Shown here piece by piece: positions 1-8,616 of a stretch of 64,000 nt of DNA. A program made the position numbers and the translations under genes. The notes below the pieces were generated by a model, which worked only from the letters and a program-made list of their open reading frames with translations, was not told where the DNA came from and ran no database searches. Where the stretch lies: contig CAYGWB010000002.1 in NCBI GenBank assembly GCA_964353775.1, positions 5,185 through 69,184 on the forward strand, in the 5' to 3' direction. This DNA is from an uncultured archaeon. GTDB taxonomy: Archaea > Aenigmatarchaeota > Aenigmatarchaeia > Aenigmatarchaeales > JAHLMS01. How positions within the stretch are numbered: the first letter of the stretch is position 1; every line of letters starts with the position of its first letter.

Positions 1-669
1 AAGATGGGCTCGGTAGCCGGCAAGGTGGTTGTCAGGGACAAAGGCGACCTTGTTGACTGGTCAAAGCTCGGCTCGGGCGGCTGGGCCATCCCGTCGAACG
101 TTGAAGATATAGATTTCGTCAAGGTCAACGCGAAGTTCGTCATATACATGGAGAAGGCGGCCGAGTGGGAAAGGCTGCACGAAGACAAGGTATGGGAAAA
201 ACTGAACTGCATAATCATGTGCAGCCAGGGACAAGCCACGAGAGGCGTGCGCCGACTGCTCCAAAGACTGCATGTGGATCACAAGCTACCGATATACGTT
301 CTCGTGGACGGCGATCCTTGGGGAGCATACATCTATTCCGTTCTAAAGTACGGCTCGATATCGCTGGCACACATCAGCGAGAGCCTGGCCATCCCGGGCG
401 CAAGGTTCCTCGGGTTGTCCGCGGACGATGTCGAGAAGTACGGGCTACAGAGGCACATCATAAAGTTCGAGGACGTCGACAAGGCGAGGCTCCAACAGAT
501 TTCTAATTATGAATGGTTCAAGAACAACAAGAGCTGGCAGCGCCAGTTCGAGATGTGGAAGAAGCTCGGCGGAAAGATCGAGTTGGCCGCGCTGTCATCA
601 AAGGGAATAAGCTTCATCTCCGAGAAGTACATACCTGACAAGATCAAGAACAAGGAATTCATCGAGTGA
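1..669 (+). CDS. top6A: DNA topoisomerase VI subunit A (Spo11 homolog), C-terminal part; gene starts upstream of window
   Basis: Toprim motif DGDPWG and conserved Top6A C-terminal region; ORF open at window start. Confidence 0.8.
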   Translation, partial: KMGSVAGKVVVRDKGDLVDWSKLGSGGWAIPSNVEDIDFVKVNAKFVIYMEKAAEWERLHEDKVWEKLNCIIMCSQGQATRGVRRLLQRLHVDHKLPIYVLVDGDPWGAYIYSVLKYGSISLAHISESLAIPGARFLGLSADDVEKYGLQRHIIKFEDVDKARLQQISNYEWFKNNKSWQRQFEMWKKLGGKIELAALSSKGISFISEKYIPDKIKNKEFIE

Positions 670-673
670 GTCT

Positions 674-1234
674 GTGAAACCTGAAGACATAATCAAGTTT
701 GCAAAGATTGCCGGCAAGCTCAAACGCACACCGCGAACAGGCTGGAAGATGCGTGGTGTAAAGAAGTACGAGAGCGTTGCGGAGCATTCTTTTAGGACAG
801 CTGTTCTAGCAATGCTTCTTTCAGACCTTAAAGGCAAGAACGACAGGCTGATTCGTATGGCACTGCTCCACGACATTGAGGAGGCAGTGACCGGAGACAT
901 CATTACCATGGAAAAGATGAAAGACATAAAGAAGGCGGAGAAGAATGCAAGAGATGGTGTCGAAAAGGTGCTATCTGTTCTGCCAAAAGACCTAAAGGAA
1001 AAATATCTCAAGTTATGGAACGAAAGCGAGCAGCTGAAAACGAAAGACGCGAAGCTTCTGAAGCAGATAGACTACTTAGAGCAGATGATGCAGGCGCTGG
1101 AATACGAACATGAACTGGGAGTCAATCTGGAAGAGTTCTGGGTGTTCATGGAGAAGGGGTTCAAGTTCACGGACCCTCTTATCAAGAATATTTTCGAGCA
1201 GCTTAAAGCCCAGAGACCTAAAGCATTTAAATAA
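674..1234 (+). CDS. HD-domain phosphohydrolase (YfbR-like 5'-deoxynucleotidase family)
   Basis: H..HD..E..D metal-binding pattern (HSFRTAVLA ... LHDIEEAVTGDI); GTG start. Confidence 0.6.
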   Translation: MKPEDIIKFAKIAGKLKRTPRTGWKMRGVKKYESVAEHSFRTAVLAMLLSDLKGKNDRLIRMALLHDIEEAVTGDIITMEKMKDIKKAEKNARDGVEKVLSVLPKDLKEKYLKLWNESEQLKTKDAKLLKQIDYLEQMMQALEYEHELGVNLEEFWVFMEKGFKFTDPLIKNIFEQLKAQRPKAFK

Positions 1235-1258
1235 AGTACGAAGACTAACATTCTGTAC

Positions 1259-1335
1259 GGAGAGGTAGCTCAGCCTGGGAGAGCGCACGGCTGAAGACCG
1301 TGATGTCGCGTGTTCAAACCACGCCCTCTCCACCA
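1259..1335 (+). tRNA. tRNA-Phe (anticodon GAA), CCA encoded
   Basis: Cloverleaf read directly: acceptor GGAGAGG/CCTCTCC, D-arm GCTC..GAGC, anticodon stem CACGG/CCGTG with loop CTGAAGA (GAA at 1293-1295), T-arm GCGTG-TTCAAAC-CACGC. Confidence 0.9.
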
Positions 1336-1369
1336 TCACCTTTTTCAGTTTAGCAAACCTATTTTATAG

Positions 1370-1924
1370 ATGCTCATCCGCCTCATCCCGGTAGGCGAGG
1401 TGACCGCCCAGGTAATTGAGGCCATTCTATCAGCCGTGCCTGAGGTCGTCGGCTCGAACATAAGACTGATGCCTGAGATGAGGCTACCGTCCGCGGCTTA
1501 CAATCAGTTCCGCAAACAGTACAGCGCGGACAAGGTGCTTTCGGCACTCAGCTCCACGTCGGCCGCCAAGTTCATAGATCACAGCATACCTTCGCTGTTC
1601 GTCACGGACGTCGACATCTACTACAGCGGCCTGAACTTCGTGTTCGGTCTGGAGGATCCGGCCGCGAGCGCTGCGATAATCTCGATTGCAAGACTGAAGC
1701 CTGAGTTCTATGACAAGCACCCGAATACTATCGTGCTGGTCGACAGGGCCGTAAAGGAAGCCATCCATGAGATCGGACACTATCTCGGCTTCGAGCATTG
1801 CCACCACAACTGGTGCGTCATGTCCTTCTCGCCTTCAGTGGACGATGTGGACAACAAGAAACGGGACTTCTGCAAGGACTGCTGCATAAAGGCGGCGATG
1901 AAGGGCGTGCACATTCCGGGTTAG
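1370..1924 (+). CDS. amzA: archaemetzincin (zinc metalloprotease)
   Basis: HEIGHYLGFEHC zincin motif plus C-terminal Cys cluster (CKDCC) typical of archaemetzincins. Confidence 0.8.
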   Translation: MLIRLIPVGEVTAQVIEAILSAVPEVVGSNIRLMPEMRLPSAAYNQFRKQYSADKVLSALSSTSAAKFIDHSIPSLFVTDVDIYYSGLNFVFGLEDPAASAAIISIARLKPEFYDKHPNTIVLVDRAVKEAIHEIGHYLGFEHCHHNWCVMSFSPSVDDVDNKKRDFCKDCCIKAAMKGVHIPG

Positions 1925-1961
1925 CAAAGCCTTAAATTGAGCGGCCGTATTTAATTGGTTC

Positions 1962-2480
1962 ATGGCATTTGCAGCAGAGCTTATCGAGAACAAGGTCGTC
2001 GTGACCGACCCGGAAGCGGTCGGCGAGCTTTACGAGTCCGTCTGGTATGGAAAGCAGACCGAGCAAGGAATCGAGCTCGAACTGGTCGAGGCCTGTCTGC
2101 TGGTGGAACGGACGCGAATAGAGATATCAAAGGGTGGAAAGAAGCTCGACTTCAAGGATTTCTATCACCTGTGCTGCGCTCTCGACGCCAGGTTCATCCC
2201 GCGATACGCCGTTTACCACGACCTGCGCGAGCGCGGGCTGCCTGTCCGCGTCGGGTTCAAGGGAACGGATTTCAAGGTCTACGAACGCGGCGCGAAACCG
2301 ACGACGGCCGCTGAAGCGAAATGGATAGTGTTCGCCGAGTCTGAGGACTATCCGTGCGAGTTCAACAAGCTCGGAAAAGCGATAAAACTGGCGCAGAACA
2401 TCCGTGCGCTCGCCCTTTGGGCTGTGATGGACAACGATCTGGACGTGACCTACTACATAATTTCGACTCCTAATGTGTGA
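1962..2480 (+). CDS. endA: tRNA-splicing endonuclease, structural (beta-like) subunit
   Basis: EndA fold motifs (FIPRYAVYHDLRERG, KWIVF) but lacks the catalytic His before KW; overlaps next gene by 4 nt. Confidence 0.65.
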   Translation: MAFAAELIENKVVVTDPEAVGELYESVWYGKQTEQGIELELVEACLLVERTRIEISKGGKKLDFKDFYHLCCALDARFIPRYAVYHDLRERGLPVRVGFKGTDFKVYERGAKPTTAAEAKWIVFAESEDYPCEFNKLGKAIKLAQNIRALALWAVMDNDLDVTYYIISTPNV

Positions 2481-3025
2481 TTGTTATGGCGATTGAAGCG
2501 ATACTGGCAGAGGACCGCGTGATCATCTGGAGCAAGTCCGGCAGGGGGATTTTCGAGGAGGATTATTTTGGAAAACTGAAAGAGGACCGTCTTGACTTGT
2601 CACTTATAGAAGCTGCGTACCTTCTGGATACGGAAAAAATAAAAATTTTGGACGTGGAAGAGAAGGAAATTGACAAGAAGGCATTCATAAAATATTGCCA
2701 GAAGATCGACCCGCGGTTCGATTTCCGCTACAGCGTCTACAAGGACCTTCGTTCGAAGCAGTTTCCGACACGGACCGGTTTCAAGTTCGGTTGCGACTTC
2801 CGTGTCTATGCAAAGGGTGTGAAGCCGCTAAAGCGCGGACCGAAATCCGCGAAGGAGCACACGAAGTGGATCGTATACGCTGTGCCGGAGAAGTTCGTCT
2901 GCTCTTTTCAGGAGCTCTCGCGAGCTGTCCGGCTCGCCCATAACATCAGAGCGAACATGTTGTGGGCCGTTGTCGGAGAAGAGGGCGACATAAAGTATTT
3001 CCAAGTTACCTTTTTCAAGCCTTAA
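2477..3025 (+). CDS. endA: tRNA-splicing endonuclease, catalytic (alpha-like) subunit
   Basis: EndA C-terminal catalytic region with Tyr/His/Lys (YSVYKDLR ... KEHTKWIVYAV). Confidence 0.7.
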   Translation: MIVMAIEAILAEDRVIIWSKSGRGIFEEDYFGKLKEDRLDLSLIEAAYLLDTEKIKILDVEEKEIDKKAFIKYCQKIDPRFDFRYSVYKDLRSKQFPTRTGFKFGCDFRVYAKGVKPLKRGPKSAKEHTKWIVYAVPEKFVCSFQELSRAVRLAHNIRANMLWAVVGEEGDIKYFQVTFFKP

Positions 3026-3088
3026 GAACGCGATTTTGACGCGACAAGCTTTATATTCTTATATTCCGTAATTAGAACGCGTGAGACC

Positions 3089-4243
3089 ATGATTGTAAGA
3101 GAGATAATGTCGTCCGATTTTGTCAAAATGGGGCCGGATGACACCGTACAAGAATTCATTTCTGCAATGGAACGATACCATATACACGCGGCGCCTGTGA
3201 TTGACGACCACGGAAAGCTTCTCGGAGACGTACAGTACAAGAAGCTGGCCGCAAAGGGCGTGCTCGATCCGTCAACCGCCAAGGTGCGGGCCATCATGGA
3301 TCCGATGCCGCCTACGCTAAAGCCCGACACGTCAGTCGAGGCTGCCGCTGACATGCTTTTCAAGACCGGAATGCGATCGCTGCCCGTAGTTGAGAACGGA
3401 AAAGTAACGGGAGTCATTTCCGTTTGGGACATCATGGAGTTCGCTGGCGGAACAAAATTGTTCAGACAGACGGCCGCCGATACCATAATGTCGAAGGCCG
3501 AAGTAATCAACCAGGACGATGACATCGGAAAGGCGCGCGTGATCATGCGCGAGAAAGGGCTCTCGCGTCTGCCTGTGGTCGACAACGATGGAAAGTTGGT
3601 CGGCATCATCGCGGTCTTCGACCTGCTGCGCTCGATCAAACCGCGCGAGAGGATGGGTTGGTTCTCAATGGCTTCGGAAGTGGATCGCATCATGGGCTGT
3701 CCAGTGAGAACTGTGATGAACAAGAATCCGACCACGATCGGACCGCGCACCAGCCTATCCGAGATTGCGACGCTCATGACCCAGAACAAGACATCAGGAA
3801 TAATAATTTCTGAAGGCACGACGCCGCTCGGCGTTGTGACGACGAAGGACATGCTGGAAGTGTTCGTTTCCTCGCTTTCCCAGAAGGGAGTCTACTATCA
3901 GATAATCGGTCTGGAAGAAGAGGACGAAATGACAACCAACACCGTGGATCGCATGATACGCGACACGTTGCAGAAGCTTTCATCCGTGGTTCCGCTCCAG
4001 TTCTTTTTCATACACGTCAAGAAGTACAGCCTTGAAGGGCTGCGAATAAAATATTCAGTACGGGCTAGGCTGCGCACCGACGCAGGAATGTTCATGGCAA
4101 GGACGGTCGCGTGGGACGCGCGCGATGCGGTCGGGCAGGCGCTCGACAATCTTGAGCGCATACTTCTGAAGAACAAGGATGAGAAAGTGACGAAGGCCAA
4201 GAAGAACGCGCGCAAGCTGAAGAATATGAAGCGGGGGCTTTGA
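3089..4243 (+). CDS. CBS-domain protein (four tandem CBS repeats)
   Basis: Repeated CBS-pair signatures (GxxxGIIS/VxD); TATA-like box about 35 nt upstream. Confidence 0.7.
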   Translation: MIVREIMSSDFVKMGPDDTVQEFISAMERYHIHAAPVIDDHGKLLGDVQYKKLAAKGVLDPSTAKVRAIMDPMPPTLKPDTSVEAAADMLFKTGMRSLPVVENGKVTGVISVWDIMEFAGGTKLFRQTAADTIMSKAEVINQDDDIGKARVIMREKGLSRLPVVDNDGKLVGIIAVFDLLRSIKPRERMGWFSMASEVDRIMGCPVRTVMNKNPTTIGPRTSLSEIATLMTQNKTSGIIISEGTTPLGVVTTKDMLEVFVSSLSQKGVYYQIIGLEEEDEMTTNTVDRMIRDTLQKLSSVVPLQFFFIHVKKYSLEGLRIKYSVRARLRTDAGMFMARTVAWDARDAVGQALDNLERILLKNKDEKVTKAKKNARKLKNMKRGL

Positions 4244-4245
4244 AT

Positions 4246-4377
4246 ATGCAGACACAATGCGATCGTTGCGAGAAATATGTAAAAGAGGTAGGAAGACTGA
4301 CCAAGATAAGATGGAACGGCTTCAACCAAAAGCTATGCCGAGATTGCAAACGAAAGGTAAAGCTCGGCCTGCACTAA
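4246..4377 (+). CDS. candidate 43-aa zinc-ribbon mini-protein (not in ORF track)
   Basis: ATG at 4246 three nt after CBS stop; MQTQCDRCEKYV...CRDCKRK has CxxC...CxxC; ends TAA 4375-4377. Confidence 0.3.
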   Translation: MQTQCDRCEKYVKEVGRLTKIRWNGFNQKLCRDCKRKVKLGLH

Positions 4378-5006
4378 CGCATCCAAATATTTTCCCAGCG
4401 AGTGATTTCTTCATCACTGATTTGTTTACCGCGTTTACGCTTGATGAAGAGCGGCTCTCCGAAACGTTTCATCAGGAACAGACCTGCGACTACTCCGGCC
4501 GCGAGGCCGGCGATGTGCGCGGCATTTGCGATGCCTGACGGCGCGAACATTCCGAGCATGTCTATCGCCACCCAGACCCCGGCCGCGACAATCATCGGCA
4601 TGGGAACGCTGACGACCCATACGGTCATCCTCGGTCTTAGGACTGCCAGAGCACCGAGCAGACCGAATATCGCGCCTGACGCACCGAGCGATGCCGGATA
4701 GAACATCGAGGCAACTATGCCGGCCAATATGCCGGATATGAAGAACAATATCAACCATCGCCGGCCGCCGATTATGTTTTCCAGTATGCTGCCGAACAGG
4801 GCGAGCGCGAACATGTTGTACAGCAGGTGGGAAGGCGAACCGTGCGCAAAAATCGCGGTCACCAACATCCATGGTCTGACAAGGATGTCGGCCGACGTCA
4901 GCGCGAGCGCATCCGTAAGACCAGGTATCGCAATCTGCAGAATGAAAACTATTACACAGAATGTCGTTAGGCGGACCGCCCAGAGGTCGAAGAGACCCAT
5001 AGCCAT
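4374..5006 (-). CDS. rhomboid-family intramembrane serine protease
   Basis: GASGAIFGLLGA catalytic Ser motif, conserved His in last TM, multi-TM hydrophobic profile. Confidence 0.8.
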   Translation of the reverse strand: MAMGLFDLWAVRLTTFCVIVFILQIAIPGLTDALALTSADILVRPWMLVTAIFAHGSPSHLLYNMFALALFGSILENIIGGRRWLILFFISGILAGIVASMFYPASLGASGAIFGLLGALAVLRPRMTVWVVSVPMPMIVAAGVWVAIDMLGMFAPSGIANAAHIAGLAAGVVAGLFLMKRFGEPLFIKRKRGKQISDEEITRWENIWMR

Positions 5007-6671
5007 CTACTTCAACTTAGTGCCTGCTTTGCTGAACTCTATTTCCTTCGCCAGAAGTTTTTTCAATACGTCCGTCAGTTTGTCGGTCGGGACGCGTATC
5101 TGCGCGGTCGTGTCGCGGTCCCTCATCGTAACGGTCCCGGCCTTCATCGTGTCGCCGTCGACCGTTATGCAGTACGGTATTCCGATTTCGTCTGCTCTCG
5201 CATATCTTCGGCCGATGCTGTCCGACGGATCTAGGAAGATATCGAACTGCTTGGTCAGCAAGGCGTGCAGCTCTTCCGCCTTCTCGTCCATGCCCTCTTT
5301 CTTGACGAGCGGGAAGATGGCCGCCTGATACGGCGCCAGATTCTGAGGCAGCGTAAGCCAGACACGCTTGCCATCATTATGATAGGCGTGCATGAGCAGC
5401 ATCAGGATTGTGCGATCAATTCCGAACGAAGGCTCGTACATGTTCGGGAGCACGTGCGCCTCGTTCTCGAAGACCGACAGCGACTGACCGGAGAACTTTG
5501 CGTGCCTGCTGAGGTCGTAGTCCGTACGCCAGGCGTTGTTCACGCATTCGATCCAACCGAAGTCCTCTGTGAAGACCTCGAAGTCCCAATGGACCTTCGA
5601 ATAGTGTGCACGCTCTTCCGGCAACAATTCCTTGAATCGCAGATATTTGCGGTCAAAGCCCAGTGCTTCGTAGAACTGCTGGACCTTCGCAAGATAATAA
5701 CCGATCAATTGGTTCGGAACGTAATTTTCCTTTATCGCGCTGTCGACCGTGATCTCCAACGCATCCTCATCGCCGTCCCTCAAAGCGGCCGGCAGTATCC
5801 TCAGCTTGAATTCCTTTATGTCTGGATATTTCTTCCAGTCCGTGTTAGCGGAGTTGAAGAACACTTGTAGTTCGGCCATCCAGAACTCGCGCATGCGTAT
5901 GAAAATCTGGCGCGGCGAAATCTCGTTGCGGAAGGACTTTCCTACCTGGGCTATCTTCAGCGGCAGCTTGCCCCGCTGGCTGCGGTAGACGAACGGGAAG
6001 TCCAGAACGGACGATTGCGTGGTCTCCGGTTTGAGATAGCACTTGGTCTCGCCGGTCGGACCGACCTTCAGGTCGAACATGAGGTTGAAAACGAATGATT
6101 TACTGAGTTTCTTTTTACACTTAGGACATAAAATTTTATATTTTTCTATAATTTCATCGAAGTCTTCTAGCGTCTTGCCTTCAGATATTGTTTTTAGTTG
6201 TTCCAGGTTTGTTAGTTGTTCCAGGCCCTTTGCCTTATTATTTATTTCATCGATGCGAGAATACATTTTGTTTTTTAATTTCTTGTCTTCTTCTGATAGA
6301 GATTGCGTAGCAAGTCCAGATTGTTCCCCTCTTAGCGATATGAGTTGTTCAATTGCCCATTCCTGAATTAGCTTGTCCACACGCCATCTGTGCTTCTCCT
6401 TGCCGACGCACAATACCTGCTTGTCGTTGAAGCCTTCCGTGTGACCGGACGCCTGCCAGACTATCTCCGGAAGTATGTCAGAAGTATCGATCTCGTGGGC
6501 GCCCTCTCCGCGCACCCACCACTTTCTCCACATGTCAACGAACTTGTTCTTCATCGACGTTCCCAACGGCCCGTAGTTCCAGAAGCCGGACACTGGATTA
6601 TATAGCTGCGCGGCTGGCCAGAAGAATCCCCTGCGCTTGGCCAACGCCTCTATCTCTTCGGCGACTTTCAT
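5007..6671 (-). CDS. glyS: glycyl-tRNA synthetase (archaeal/eukaryotic alpha2 type), with an AT-rich internal insertion
   Basis: N-terminus FFWPAAQLYNPVSGFWNYGPLG; class II motifs; anticodon-binding C-terminus. Confidence 0.85.
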   Translation of the reverse strand: MKVAEEIEALAKRRGFFWPAAQLYNPVSGFWNYGPLGTSMKNKFVDMWRKWWVRGEGAHEIDTSDILPEIVWQASGHTEGFNDKQVLCVGKEKHRWRVDKLIQEWAIEQLISLRGEQSGLATQSLSEEDKKLKNKMYSRIDEINNKAKGLEQLTNLEQLKTISEGKTLEDFDEIIEKYKILCPKCKKKLSKSFVFNLMFDLKVGPTGETKCYLKPETTQSSVLDFPFVYRSQRGKLPLKIAQVGKSFRNEISPRQIFIRMREFWMAELQVFFNSANTDWKKYPDIKEFKLRILPAALRDGDEDALEITVDSAIKENYVPNQLIGYYLAKVQQFYEALGFDRKYLRFKELLPEERAHYSKVHWDFEVFTEDFGWIECVNNAWRTDYDLSRHAKFSGQSLSVFENEAHVLPNMYEPSFGIDRTILMLLMHAYHNDGKRVWLTLPQNLAPYQAAIFPLVKKEGMDEKAEELHALLTKQFDIFLDPSDSIGRRYARADEIGIPYCITVDGDTMKAGTVTMRDRDTTAQIRVPTDKLTDVLKKLLAKEIEFSKAGTKLK

Positions 6672-7040
6672 GCTATCAGTATCGCATCATTGGTTTAAAA
6701 ATTCAGCGCCAGTGGGCAAATTTTTTGTCCATAAGATATATAAACTTCTGAGAAGCAATTATCTATTGTGAGTGAAATGGCAGGTGTGGTACTTTGGGCG
6801 AAGTGAACTGAAGACTTTGCTAGTGCACACTCTGTCAAAAAGGGAACAGGAAATTCTGCTGAAGGTCAACGAACTAGAAGGTAGAACATTCTCCGCAGCT
6901 GTGCGCGTGCTTGGAAAGAGCTATCCTGAAAGCACTGTCAAGAGCGTTCTGCGCAGGTTCATTGCGGTCGGCATTATGCACGGTGGCAATGGTACGTCGC
7001 TGGCCTGTACGGCCTTCGGGCAGGCAATAAACAACGTTCT

Positions 7041-7114
7041 GGGGTCGTCGTCTAATGGTAGGATGTTAGTCTCCAAAACTAAGGACGGGCGTTCGAATCG
7101 CTCCGACCCCACCA
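7041..7114 (+). tRNA. tRNA-Trp (anticodon CCA), CCA encoded, no intron
   Basis: Acceptor GGGGTCG/CGACCCC, anticodon stem TTAGT/ACTAA with loop CTCCAAA (CCA at 7073-7075), T-arm GGGCG-TTCGAAT-CGCTC. Confidence 0.85.
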
Positions 7115-7129
7115 TAAACATCAAAGGAG

Positions 7130-7450
7130 GTGAGAAAGATGGGATTCGATGATTTTGAGATTGCAGACTTTTATACGTGTCCTTTGATAACAAAGAGGGG
7201 AAATTGTGACGTCGTATTAAAGAACTGTAATGTTGCAAGAAATAATACCGCTAAAAGAGATGATGGATTTCATTACGGAACTTGTGGTGTGTACATGTCT
7301 GAGGTGCAACGAATTTCGGCTTGTCCAGATAGAGAAATTGTTGTCGAAGACAAAAAGTGCAAAACATGCGGCTATGAAAATAAAGTTAAAACGGAGCATT
7401 GCAAAAAAAGCAGAAATGATTGCGACAGTTGCGGCATAAATACTAAATGA
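7130..7450 (+). CDS. cysteine-rich small protein (12 Cys), unknown function
   Basis: Strong SD AGGAGGTGA 8 nt upstream of ATG; multiple CxxC pairs; lies between tRNA-Trp and trpS. Confidence 0.5.
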   Translation: MRKMGFDDFEIADFYTCPLITKRGNCDVVLKNCNVARNNTAKRDDGFHYGTCGVYMSEVQRISACPDREIVVEDKKCKTCGYENKVKTEHCKKSRNDCDSCGINTK

Positions 7451-8586
7451 TAAATAGCAGGATAAACACAAAGATGGTAGATGATATGACAGAAGAAAAA
7501 CGCTTGACCCCGTTCGATGCGGGCGATGAGAAGATAGACTACGAGAAGCTCGTCAAGGAGTTCGGCACGGTGCCGTTGCCGGCGCAGATGGCCAAGAGGC
7601 TGTCGGACATACGCGCGTTCCGACACGGCTACGTGTTCAGCCACAGGGACTTCGACAAGTTCCTTGACGCACACGACACTGGCAAGAAGGTCGCGATAAT
7701 CACCGGTTTCAATGCGTCCGGCTCGATACACTTAGGCCACAAGCTGTCTTTCGACTGCGTCATAGAGCTCCAGAAAAAATTCAAGATACCCGCATACGTT
7801 CCGATATCGGACGATGAGAGCTACGTATGCGAGAAGGTCAAGGACCAGACCGAGGGGCTGAAGAACGCCCGTCTGATCGTTGCGCAGCTGCTCGCGCTCG
7901 GTTTCGACCCGAAGCTCACGAAGTTCTTCATACATCAGCAGTATACGAAAATCTACAACCTGGCCATCAAGCTGTCGCAGCGATACACGCTGAGCTCGAT
8001 AAAGGCCATTTACGGCTTCCCGGACAGCACGAACCCGGGTCTCATGTTCTATCCTGTGATACAGGCGGCGGACATACTCCTGCCGCAGGAGCCAGAGTTC
8101 GACGGTAAGAAGTTCACGGTCACTCCGATTGGCATTGACCAGGATCCGCACCTGAGATTGGCGCGCGACATAGCCGAAAAGTTCGGCTACATCAAACCGA
8201 CTACCTTCCACATAAAATATCTGCCCGGATTGCGTGGCGGAAAGATGTCGAAATCAAGACCGGGCAGCGCGCTGTTCCTAGATGAGAAACCCGAGACTGC
8301 GGCGAAGTACGCCATGAACACGCTGACGGGCGGACGGAATACGATTGAGGAGCAGAGAAGGCTCGGCGGAGAATATGACAAGTGCATAGTCGCGGAATAC
8401 ATGGCGGCCCACTTCAACACCGATGTCCAGATAGCAGAAAGGAGACGAAAGTGCTTGGGCGGGAAACTTTTGTGCGGCGAATGCAAGGGCGAACTGACCT
8501 GCGCCATCAAAAAGTTCTTGACGGAGTTCCAGGCGCGAGTCGCCAAGTTTGAAAAGCAGCTTGACAAGAATCTGATAAAGAATTAA
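7447..8586 (+). CDS. trpS: tryptophanyl-tRNA synthetase
   Basis: Class I HIGH-like (GSIHLGHKL) and KMSKS motifs; C-terminal CX6CX2CX5C cluster. Confidence 0.85.
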   Translation: MINSRINTKMVDDMTEEKRLTPFDAGDEKIDYEKLVKEFGTVPLPAQMAKRLSDIRAFRHGYVFSHRDFDKFLDAHDTGKKVAIITGFNASGSIHLGHKLSFDCVIELQKKFKIPAYVPISDDESYVCEKVKDQTEGLKNARLIVAQLLALGFDPKLTKFFIHQQYTKIYNLAIKLSQRYTLSSIKAIYGFPDSTNPGLMFYPVIQAADILLPQEPEFDGKKFTVTPIGIDQDPHLRLARDIAEKFGYIKPTTFHIKYLPGLRGGKMSKSRPGSALFLDEKPETAAKYAMNTLTGGRNTIEEQRRLGGEYDKCIVAEYMAAHFNTDVQIAERRRKCLGGKLLCGECKGELTCAIKKFLTEFQARVAKFEKQLDKNLIKN

Positions 8587-8616
8587 AGTTTTAAAGCAGG
8601 CTGCCAATAATAAGGC

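Noticed and set aside
6672-7040. Considered an SRP RNA or RNase P RNA upstream of tRNA-Trp
   Set aside because: None of the conserved motifs (for example the RNase P AGGAAAGUCC block, or SRP domain IV GNRA/GGAA loops) were found; the region instead contains a protein-like wHTH ORF (see findings).
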